Shown in pieces: positions 19,514 to 28,800 of a stretch of DNA of 64,000 nt. Below the pieces are notes generated by a model. That model searched no databases and had not been told where the DNA came from. It saw only the letters and a list, made by a program, of their open reading frames with translations. The position numbers and the translations under genes were made by a program. The stretch's first letter is position 1. The number at the start of each line of letters is the position of its first letter. Source of the DNA: Sedimentisphaerales bacterium (GTDB taxonomy: Bacteria > Planctomycetota > Phycisphaerae > Sedimentisphaerales > SM23-30); NCBI GenBank assembly GCA_963666285.1, contig OY762711.1. One strand, given 5' to 3'.

Positions 19514-20389
19514 TTATCTTCTTTTATGACGCATTGTAAAGAATTTAACCAGTTCCGGCAGATAGTCTTTGCCGGTGCCGATCTGGATATGATCAACTTT
19601 GGATTGACGCAGCATACGGCAGAGCCTTTCATTTCTTGCATTGGCCTGGGTGATATAATTTTCACGGAATTTTTTTGAGGAGGTATCAACGATAATTATT
19701 TCGCCGGTTTCTGCATCCTGAAACTGCATAAGACCGCACTTTGGCAGGTCTTTCTCATACCGGTCGTGCACGCTCATAGCGATCATATCGTGTCGTTTGC
19801 TTACCAGCCGCAACTGGGTGCTGATATCGCCGCAAGCGAAATCCGATACCAGGAATACGGTAGCTTTTTTCTTTTGTACTCTAGCGAGGAAATCCAGTGC
19901 CTCGCCGATATCAGTTCCGCCGCCGGGAGTGTTATCGAAAAGCAGCTCCCGGATGATTCTCAATACATGCTGGGTGCCTTTCCGGGGTGGGATGTATTTT
20001 TCAATTTTATCGGTAAAGGTTATCAGTCCGACTTTGTCGCTGTTTTTGATTGCTGAAAATGCCAGAACGGCGCAAATCTCGGCAGCGAGTGCGTTTTTGG
20101 TTTTGTCAATTGTGCCGAAATCGCTGGAGCCGCTCATATCAACCAGCAGCATTACAACCTGTTCCCGCTCCTCGACGAACCGCTTGATATAAGGCTTACC
20201 CATGCGGGCGGTAACGTTCCAGTCGATACTGCGGATATCGTCGCCGGGAGCATATTCGCGAACTTCGTCGAATTGCATGCCCTGACCTTTGAATGCACTT
20301 TCATATTCACCGGCAAAGACATCGTTTACCTTTCGGTTGGTGAATATCTGTATTCGTCTGATTTGTTTTAGTATTTCCTGTGGCAGCAT
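19514..20389 (-). CDS. DUF58 domain protein (MoxR/vWA-associated)
   Basis: 'GEYESAFKGQGMQFDEVREYAPGDDIRSIDWNVTAR', 'LVDMSGS', 'SDF'. Confidence 0.92.
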   Translation of the reverse strand: MLPQEILKQIRRIQIFTNRKVNDVFAGEYESAFKGQGMQFDEVREYAPGDDIRSIDWNVTARMGKPYIKRFVEEREQVVMLLVDMSGSSDFGTIDKTKNALAAEICAVLAFSAIKNSDKVGLITFTDKIEKYIPPRKGTQHVLRIIRELLFDNTPGGGTDIGEALDFLARVQKKKATVFLVSDFACGDISTQLRLVSKRHDMIAMSVHDRYEKDLPKCGLMQFQDAETGEIIIVDTSSKKFRENYITQANARNERLCRMLRQSKVDHIQIGTGKDYLPELVKFFTMRHKRR

Positions 20390-20403
20390 AAAACACCTTA
20401 TTT

Positions 20404-20438
20404 GAGTGAAGAGTGAAAAACTAAGAGTGAAGAGTTAA
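20404..20438 (+). repeat. Heptamer tandem repeat (GAGTGAA-type, 5 units)
   Basis: GAGTGAA GAGTGAA AAACTAA GAGTGAA GAGTTAA. Confidence 0.65.
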
Positions 20439-20928
20439 TGTGTTCGCTAACGCTCACAACTCGTTTAAAATTTGGTGTAAATGGCATATAAATTATACTG
20501 TTTTCAGTTTTAGTATTCATAAAAGTCGTACAATAGTTGAGTGAAGAGAAGAACTAAATATGCTTTGCATTTTGTGATCTTAGTTCATGCTCGAAACACT
20601 CAAGCGTGCAAATTTTTTGTAATGTCTATATTTTACCTGGATCCAGGGTTTTCAGTGTTGGTAAACCAGGTACTAAGTACTGTATTTGTAATATTTTATC
20701 CTAACAGATTATTATACGCAACATCTTTGCTTTGGTTCGGTAAATAAACCGGATTAAACAAATGTGTTTTTTGTATTCATTTTCTTTATTTTTAAGTGTT
20801 AAATCTCCCGTTTTTGTCCGCTCACCCCTTGCATTGTACAATGCTTTCTGATAGAATCACAAGACTGTAAAAATCTAGTGAGATTAAGAATATATATAAC
20901 CTACTTCAAAGAATGGAGATATGAAAAA

Positions 20929-21930
20929 ATGACTAAGGTAGCGATAGCTGGGGTAACAGGAGCCGTAGGCCAGGAATTTCTAAGATTGCTTGACGAGAGA
21001 AAATTCCCTGCAACCAGCTATAAAATGCTAGCTTCAGCCCGGTCAGCCGGTAAAAAACTGGAATTTATGGGCCAGGAATATACTATCGAGGAACTGACTG
21101 AAGAGAGTTTTAACGATGTTGATATAGCCCTGTTCAGTGCCGGTGGTTCGATCAGTAAAAAGTATGGTCCTATTGCCGCTAAAGCAGGGTGTGTTGTAGT
21201 GGATAACTCTTCTGCGTTTCGTATGGACGCAGATGTACCTTTGGTAGTGCCTGAAATTAACGCGGACGCTATCAAGAGTCATAAGGGCATAATTGCTAAC
21301 CCGAACTGCTCAACCATTATCGGTATTACCCCGATATGGCCGGTTCACAAGGTAAATCCTGTGAAGAGAATAGTAGCAAGTACCTATCAGGCGGTGAGCG
21401 GTGCCGGCTGGCAGGCTATGGAAGAGCTAAAAGAGCAGGTAGGCAAATTCCTTAACGGAGAAACAATAGAGCCGAGAGCGTTCAAGCACCAGTGTGCATT
21501 TAATGTTTTCAGTCATGACAGTGATATTGGTGAAAACGGCTATAATGTTGAAGAGATGAAGCTGGTTCACGAGACGCATAAGATTTATGGTGATGATTCT
21601 ATTGCTATCACCTGTACTTGTATGCGTGTTCCGGTATTGCGTGCTCATTGCGAAAGTATCAACCTGGAGTTTACTAATCCAATTACACCTGAAGAAGTGC
21701 GTGAAATCATGAGCAAAGCACCGGGTGTGACAGTTGTTGATGATCGTGAGAATAATCATTTCCCGATGCCGCTAGAAGTGTCCGGGAAAGATGATATTGC
21801 TGTCGGTCGTATCCGCCAGGATGAGTCAATACCAGGAAATCGCGGGATAAACATTTTTGTCTGCGGTGACCAGATTCGCAAAGGTGCTGCTCTTAATGCG
21901 GTCCAGATTGCTGAGGAACTTGTTAAATAA
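20929..21930 (+). CDS. asd: Aspartate-semialdehyde dehydrogenase
   Basis: 'VAIAGVTGAVGQE', 'VVDNSSAFRM', 'IIANPNCST', 'STYQAVSGAG', 'RVPVLRAH', 'DQIRKGAALNAVQIAE'. Confidence 0.97.
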   Translation: MTKVAIAGVTGAVGQEFLRLLDERKFPATSYKMLASARSAGKKLEFMGQEYTIEELTEESFNDVDIALFSAGGSISKKYGPIAAKAGCVVVDNSSAFRMDADVPLVVPEINADAIKSHKGIIANPNCSTIIGITPIWPVHKVNPVKRIVASTYQAVSGAGWQAMEELKEQVGKFLNGETIEPRAFKHQCAFNVFSHDSDIGENGYNVEEMKLVHETHKIYGDDSIAITCTCMRVPVLRAHCESINLEFTNPITPEEVREIMSKAPGVTVVDDRENNHFPMPLEVSGKDDIAVGRIRQDESIPGNRGINIFVCGDQIRKGAALNAVQIAEELVK

Positions 21931-21964
21931 TCATTATTGAAATAATTTCCGAAATGAGCTTTAG

Positions 21965-21995
21965 GGGCCGGGCAATTTGCTTGGCCCTTTTTTAT
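21965..21995 (+). terminator. Rho-independent terminator after asd
   Basis: GGGCCGGGCA-ATT-TGCTTGGCCC followed by TTTTTT. Confidence 0.75.
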
Positions 21996-22068
21996 TGTCT
22001 AATGAGCACAGGTGTTGTTACAATATCAAAAAATATTAAAAAACTATATTTAGAAGGAATACAATATT

Positions 22069-23274
22069 ATGTCTAACGAAACTATTGCAGCGGTTAAAGG
22101 CTTTAGGGTGGCGGCTGTCAGAGCGGGAATCAAGAAGAGCGGGAAGCTTGATTTGGGGCTTATTGTTGCGGATAAGCCTTGTAAAGCTGCGGGTGTATTT
22201 ACTACCAATAAGATTGCATCCTGTACGGTGGATATTAGTCGCGAGCATATATCAAACGGTAAGGCCCAGGCAGTGTTTGTTAACGCTGGTAATGCCAACG
22301 CCTGTACCGGTAAGCAGGGAGTCAAGGACGCTAACAGCATATGTCAACAGATTGCCGAGCTGCTGGATATTAAGCAGAAGGACGTTATCGTTACCTCGAC
22401 CGGGATAATCGGCGAGCTGATGCCAATGGAAAAGGTGAAAGCGGGTATTGATAGTGCGGTAAAGGTTTTGAGCAGCTCTAAGGAGTCGGCAGATGAGCTG
22501 GCGATGGCGATAATGACAACCGACCTGGTGCCGAAGAAGGCCTTTCGTAAGATAAAGCTTGGTAATAAGGAGGTTAGTGTTGCCGGTATTTGTAAAGGGT
22601 CCGGCATGATCGCGCCTAATATGGCGACTATGCTTGCTTATATCGTTACGGACGCAGATGTATCGTCCGGGCTGCTGAAGAGGACTATTCGTGAGGTGGC
22701 GGATTGTACTTTCAATAAGGTAACTGTTGATAACCATATGAGTACTAACGATACCGCGGTGATACTTGCTTCGGGAATGGCTGAGAATGAGCCGCTAAAG
22801 AAGGTATCTGACAAGGGTTACAGTACATTCTATAAAGCGGTATGGCAGGTATGTGATGATCTGGCACGGCAGATGGCGGCTGATGGTGAGGGTGCGAACT
22901 GTATGATATCGATTTATGTTAACTCTGCCGCGACGAAAGCTGATGCGAATAAAGCACTTAGAGCTATTTCTGACAGCCCGCTGGTGAGGTGTGCGTTTAA
23001 TGGTGCTGACCCGAACTGGGGACGTATTACCAGTGCGGTTGGCTATAGCGGGGCGAAGTTTGATGTGGAGAAGTTAACATGCAAAATAGCTGGTATTACA
23101 GTATTTAAGAAAGGTCGACCGACCAAGTTTGATGCTGCGGCATTGAGCGAAAAGATGAAAGAGAAGCTATGGGAAGTTGTAGTTGATCTTGGAGCCGGTA
23201 AGCAGTCAGATTTCTGTTATACCTGTGATATGAGCAAAGAGTATGTAGCTATAAATGCTGAATATCACACATGA
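22069..23274 (+). CDS. argJ: Bifunctional glutamate N-acetyltransferase / ornithine acetyltransferase
   Basis: 'AGVFTTN', 'NAGNANACTG', 'AIMTTD', 'KGSGMIAPNMATML', 'STND', 'DGEG', 'DPNWGR', 'INAEY.T'. Confidence 0.97.
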   Translation: MSNETIAAVKGFRVAAVRAGIKKSGKLDLGLIVADKPCKAAGVFTTNKIASCTVDISREHISNGKAQAVFVNAGNANACTGKQGVKDANSICQQIAELLDIKQKDVIVTSTGIIGELMPMEKVKAGIDSAVKVLSSSKESADELAMAIMTTDLVPKKAFRKIKLGNKEVSVAGICKGSGMIAPNMATMLAYIVTDADVSSGLLKRTIREVADCTFNKVTVDNHMSTNDTAVILASGMAENEPLKKVSDKGYSTFYKAVWQVCDDLARQMAADGEGANCMISIYVNSAATKADANKALRAISDSPLVRCAFNGADPNWGRITSAVGYSGAKFDVEKLTCKIAGITVFKKGRPTKFDAAALSEKMKEKLWEVVVDLGAGKQSDFCYTCDMSKEYVAINAEYHT

Positions 23275-23397
23275 TACGTAACTGCCTAAGCAGTTACAGA
23301 AATAAGTAATAAGTTAAGGTGTCCTGATTTACCTCGGGTACTTAATTTTAAGGCTAACGCAAATTGTTTTGATTTGCGAGAAATAAAGAGAGTTTAG

Positions 23398-24648
23398 ATG
23401 AATACAGCGATATTGAGTACCGGAGATGAACTGGTGCATGGCCAGACGGTCGATACAAACAGCTGTTGGCTGAGTCAGCGGCAGATAGAATTAGGTTTGA
23501 GCGTAACAGAAAATGTTGTGCTGGGCGATGATAAGTCACGTATAATTGATACTTTACGACGTCTTGCCAGCTGCAATGATGTACTGCTTTGCAGCGGCGG
23601 TCTGGGGCCGACGAAGGATGATTTGACGCGTTTTGCGATAGCTGAGCTATTGGGGGTTGAGCTGGAGCTGGACGAGGTTGCTCTGGGTGAGATTGAATCA
23701 ATCTTTACTCGTTACGGGCGGGTGATGAGCGAGAGTAATCGTATGCAGGCGCTTATGCCGAAGGGTTGCGGCGTTATACCGAACAGTTGCGGGACGGCAC
23801 CGGGTATCAAGGCAGTGATAGATGGTTGTCATTGCTATTTTATGCCTGGTGTGCCTAAAGAAATGAAGCAGATGTATGACAGTTTTGTTATAGATGATTT
23901 GCGTAAGGCGTTTCCTGAGATGGGTTTACGAGTTATTAAATTTCGAACTCTGCTGGAATGCGGTTTGGGTGAATCGATTTTGGGTGAGAAGCTGGGCGAG
24001 TTGATGGACAGGGGGCGAAACCCTCAGATTAATACGAATGCCGGAAATGGTATGGTGAAGCTTCGCATACGGGCGATAAGCGGCAGTGAAGCGGAGGCTG
24101 ACGTAATGCTGGCGGAGACCGAGCGGCAGGTGCGCGAACGGCTGGAGGAGTACATCTTTGGTACGGACGACGATACCCTCGCAAAGGTGGTGTGCGGCAT
24201 GCTGGCGGCGCGTAACGAAACGCTGGCGACGGTCGAAAGCTGTACGGGGGGACTGATTGCTAAGAGCGTTACAGATGTTGCGGGCAGCAGTAAAATCTAC
24301 CTTGGAGGGTGGTGTGTGTATAGTAATAAGCTAAAGGTCAACCAGATGAGGGTAGGCCCAGATACGCTGGAGAAGTATGGTGCGGTGAGTGAACAGGTGG
24401 CGTGCGAGCTGGCTATTAATGCCCGTGAAATTTCCGGAGCAGATTATGCTCTGTCGACAACCGGTATTGCCGGACCGGGCGGCGGGACAGAAGAAAAACC
24501 GGTTGGTCTGGTTTATATTGCACTTGCCGGGCCTGGTGGGTATATAGAAGTTCGAGAGACCCGTCAGTTTGGTGACAGGGATGGTGTACGTTTGCGTTCA
24601 ACCCATTCGGCTTTGGAGATGCTGAGAAGAAAGCTATTGAAGAGTTAG
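23398..24648 (+). CDS. cinA: CinA / NMN amidohydrolase (PncC) fusion protein
   Basis: 'GDELVHGQTVDTNS', 'SGGLGPTKDDLT', 'MPGVPKEM', 'ESCTGG', 'TTGIAGPGGGT.EKPVGLV'. Confidence 0.95.
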   Translation: MNTAILSTGDELVHGQTVDTNSCWLSQRQIELGLSVTENVVLGDDKSRIIDTLRRLASCNDVLLCSGGLGPTKDDLTRFAIAELLGVELELDEVALGEIESIFTRYGRVMSESNRMQALMPKGCGVIPNSCGTAPGIKAVIDGCHCYFMPGVPKEMKQMYDSFVIDDLRKAFPEMGLRVIKFRTLLECGLGESILGEKLGELMDRGRNPQINTNAGNGMVKLRIRAISGSEAEADVMLAETERQVRERLEEYIFGTDDDTLAKVVCGMLAARNETLATVESCTGGLIAKSVTDVAGSSKIYLGGWCVYSNKLKVNQMRVGPDTLEKYGAVSEQVACELAINAREISGADYALSTTGIAGPGGGTEEKPVGLVYIALAGPGGYIEVRETRQFGDRDGVRLRSTHSALEMLRRKLLKS

Positions 24649-24677
24649 GAAATAAATTTTAACTTAGTTTTGTTGAA

Positions 24678-25565
24678 GTGTTTGAGAGAAGATTAATGGC
24701 AAGTTTAGAATCTGATATAATATTTGCTTTAGCTTTAATGGTATTTATCAGCTTGATAGTATTCCTTTTTGCATGTTTTCTTTGTAGGAAACTTGGGATA
24801 AAAACACGTACCTGGCTTGTTGGTATTGTTATCGTATTAACAATATTATTTAGAGTTTATTACTTCGATTCGACGCTTATACTGAAATTATTACCATTTG
24901 ATAACACGATTATTTATGGTAATTTTACTGTTCCGCTGGCTGCTATAGCGTGTGGTATTTTTTATTACAGCAGGAATATTCCATTATGGAGAAGATTGAT
25001 ACTAATAGTATTTATTATGGCAATGGCGATTAGACCTACTTTCCTGCAATTAGTAGCCGAAAAGCCCGAGACTCATAATATCTGGAAAGATGGCGTGTGT
25101 TTACAATCGACAAATTCAACTTGCGGTGCGGCTTCTGCAGCAACCCTTCTAAACTATTATGCAATTGAAGCCAGTGAAAATGAAATGGTGGAAAAGTGTC
25201 TGACGAGCAGTAACGGGTCATTTAAGCATGGCATTTATCGGGGGTTGAGAAAGAAAATAAACGATACCGGTTTTGTAGTTGAAGCAGGTTCTTGCAGTTT
25301 GTCTCAATTGCAAAATGAAGTTAAATTGCCAGCTGTGATTATTGTCAAGCTGACAAAAGAGATTAGTATAAAAGAACCCAGATATTCTCAAGTTTGGGGG
25401 TGGCGTGTGGATGTACCGCATGTTATTTTAGTTACTGATTTTACCGAAAATGCCAAAGTTTTGGTAGCCGATCCTGCCAGAGGAAGGGAAGTTTGGGATA
25501 TTGAGGGATTAAAAGATTTGTGGCAGGGTGAATATATTACATTAGATTATTTTCAGGCTGACTGA
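24678..25565 (+). CDS. Membrane-anchored C39-like cysteine peptidase
   Basis: Four N-terminal TMs, 'CLQST.STCGAASAATLL' (Q...C), a His in 'PHVILV' and 'VADPARG'. The true start may be ATG at 24696. Confidence 0.75.
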   Translation: MFERRLMASLESDIIFALALMVFISLIVFLFACFLCRKLGIKTRTWLVGIVIVLTILFRVYYFDSTLILKLLPFDNTIIYGNFTVPLAAIACGIFYYSRNIPLWRRLILIVFIMAMAIRPTFLQLVAEKPETHNIWKDGVCLQSTNSTCGAASAATLLNYYAIEASENEMVEKCLTSSNGSFKHGIYRGLRKKINDTGFVVEAGSCSLSQLQNEVKLPAVIIVKLTKEISIKEPRYSQVWGWRVDVPHVILVTDFTENAKVLVADPARGREVWDIEGLKDLWQGEYITLDYFQAD

Positions 25566-25637
25566 TTGAGCCCAGGCAGGTGTGCGGCTGCGATCGCCCC
25601 ATTCGGCTTTGGAGAAGCTGAGAAGAAAGCTTCTCTT

Positions 25638-25665
25638 GAAGTCTGAAGTATAAAGTCTGAAGTCT
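25638..25665 (+). repeat. Heptamer tandem repeat (GAAGTCT-type, 4 units)
   Basis: GAAGTCT GAAGTAT AAAGTCT GAAGTCT. Confidence 0.6.
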
Positions 25666-25755
25666 GAAAAGAATGTTTAGTTCTGTGATAAGTTGACACA
25701 TTATAGATTTATGATGTTTAGACAAATTGCAGGAGATGTCAGTTTGATTAGATAA

Positions 25756-25816
25756 AAATGGCCGAGATCCTCCAGCTGTCGGAAAGACAGCGAGAGGAAA
25801 CCGGCCGTTAAATTTT
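25756..25816 (-). terminator. Long stem-loop downstream of the GLUG gene cluster
   Basis: GGCCG..CCTC..GCTGTC-GGAAA-GACAGC..GAGG..CGGCC nested stem, preceded by AAAAA (a U-tract on the minus strand). Confidence 0.55.
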
Positions 25817-25845
25817 CTAAACCTGTTTTATGTATTTATCGTAGA

Positions 25846-28800
25846 TTACTCCAGGTTTGAAATAACAACATCGTCAATCCAGGCACAGTCCATTCCTTCA
25901 CCGATGGTTTCATCTTTTTCATATTTCCAGGTAAAGGTATGCTGACCTTCTGTCTTGATGTTATAGCTATATACAGACCAATCAACTTCACCAGAGAAGT
26001 AGTCAGCTAATTTTCCGTCAATATAGAACAGCAAATAGTCATAATCCTGTTCGCTGGAGATTTTAGCGGCAAAGCTAATAGAGTTATAACCTGTTGTATC
26101 AACCGTCAAGAATATTGAGCTGGAACACATGTTATCTATAACAGCGGATTTTGCAGCATAAGCACCGCGGTATGGTTCTTCAACTATATTCCACTGATTC
26201 GGATCGTTATTCTGCCAGTCAAGAGCAGTAAAATCGCCCGTTTCAAAGTAATCAGCTTCGACTTGCTCTACTTCGATTTTGTCTGAAGAGAGCCAGTTTC
26301 CAGCAAGCAACAGCAGGTCGTATTGATCTATTGTACTATCAGCGTTGAAATCTACAATATCCCAACTAGTAGCTGAATCATTAACCGTAACCAGCCAGTT
26401 TCCTGCGATTTGAGCGAATGTCTGCATATCTATCCTGGTAGTAGAAACTGAAATTGTAATATCAATTTCAGAACCAACTATTACTGAGCTTCCTCTACGG
26501 ATGCTTTGACTAATGATCTTGTCAATATCGACTGTATAGCTTGCAGCGTAAGAGACGCTGCCAAGTTTCAGCCTGGCATTTTCTAATGCAGCCTCCGCCT
26601 CAGCCTGGGTTATATACGCAAGATTCGGCACGACGGTCATTTCAGGTCCGACTGAAACAACTACTGTAACAAACGATCCCATCAATAGTTTCTCACCACT
26701 ATTGATGTTCTGGCTTATAACCGAACCAGCCGGAACCGTCAGGCTATAATCAGTACTAACACTAATACCTATTGGGATAGCAGCAAACGCTGCCTCTGCA
26801 TCTTCCTGAGTCATATTTACAACGTCAGGCACGGTAATCATATTACCTAATGAAATGACTATATTGATTGCAGTATTTATTACAACGTTTTCACCTGATG
26901 CTACTGACTGAGATACAATACTGCCTTCTGCTACAGAAAAACTATATTCATAGGTCTTTGTTCCTACTGCCAGCTTAACATCAGCCAAAGCAGCAGCGGC
27001 AGCATCTTCTGTCATCAATGCCAGGTTTGGCACTATTGCCATCTCAGGCCCGGCAGACACTACCAGATCAACAGCAGTTTCAACCGCAACCGAATTGCCA
27101 GCGGCCAGACTCTGGCCGATAACAGTACCTTCAGCGATAGTCATGCTGTATTCGGTAGTAATTGTACCAACAGTCAGATCAGCGGCCAATACCAAAGCCT
27201 CGGCAAGTGTCTGACTTACTCCTGTTACCGCAGGAACTGTAGTCATTTTTGTGCCTTTAGATATGATCAACCTTATGGTAGAGCCTATAAGAGCATAATT
27301 ACCGGCCTGCAGGTCTTGATTCATTACAATACCTGTCGGCACAGTTGAGCTATAATGTTCCATAGACGTACCAACCACAAAACCGGCATTAAGTATAGCC
27401 GCTTCTGCTTCGGCCTGTGTCATGCCGGTAAAGTCAGGGACGGTTACGATCTGCGGCCCATCTGAGACAACGAGATTGACAGCTGAACCAATGACAGTTG
27501 TGCCGCCACCGGCTATACTCTGGCCAATGACATTACCCTGGGCAACAGTAAAGCTATAGCCGTAAGATATTTCGCCAACTTCCAGCTCAGCCGCTTCTAT
27601 TATGCCGACAGCCTCTGTCAGGTTCATATCATAAAGCGATGGTACGCCCACCATTTCCGGGCCGTCCGAAATAACCAGGGCAACTTCTGTTGTAATAATT
27701 ACTGACTCATCGGCGGCTATGCTCTGGCTGATGACATGGCCGGAAGGCACATTGAAATCATATTGATGCACAATCGGTTCGACTATCGCCAGTTTAGCCT
27801 GTAGAATAGTGAGAACAGCTTCAGCTTCGGTCATGCCGTAAACATCCGGTACGGTTGTATATTCCGGGCCATCGGATATGACAAGGTCAACTGTATTATT
27901 TATGATGACTCTCAAGTCGGCCTCTATGCTCTGGCTGATAACATAACCTGCCGGGACAGTGAAACTATAGGCATAGGAAATATCACCGATTTCAAGTTTT
28001 GCATCTGTTATAGCCACAATTGCATCTGATTCTGAAAGCCCCATAAGTTCTGGGACAGTGGTTAATTCCGGGCCTTTAGATACCAGTAGATTTAATATGC
28101 CTCTATGTGAAAGCAACTCACCAGCAGCGATATCCTGATCAATAACATATCCGGCAGGAACTGTAAAGCTGTAAGCATATGAAATATCTCCCAGACGAAT
28201 TCCAGAATCAGCAATTAACAAAACTGCGTCTTTATAGTCAAGTCCTTCAACTGAAGGAACTGTTACAACTTCCCACACTAACCTTGGATAATCATTTTCG
28301 AAGCTATACCAGACACCAAAAGTTTCATCTGTAATATAATTCCAGTTAGCATCCAGAAAAGTAGCTTGTGTTAACATTTCTTCAGTTGTTTTTCCGGTAC
28401 CGCCAGCACTTGTAGTTTGACCGCTAAGGTCAATGTCCCAGAAACAATTTGTGACACTGGCTCCATAACTTTGTCCAAGAAAACCATAGCCATTGGGAAC
28501 TACACAAGAAGAATAGCTGGTTGTAATTGTTCCATAATCTGAATATCCACAAAAACCGCCAATAGAACCACTGCCAGTTACAGTGCCAGATGAGTAACAA
28601 TTTGTAATGGTGCCTCTGTTATGCAGTCCACACAACCCACCCACATAATTTCTACCAGTTATCTCAACTTCAGATGTGTAGCACTCTGTTACACTGCCAT
28701 AGTAGTTATTACCTACAAGGCCGCCAACATGATCAAGTCCATTTATCTGAACACCTTCTGCAAAGCATTGGTAGATATTGCCTAGATTATTATTTCCTAC

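Noticed and set aside
19501..19689. Extended N-terminus of the Bat-type ORF overlapping DUF58
   Set aside because: The signal peptide begins at ATG 19500, so the 176-bp overlap is an ORF-calling artefact.
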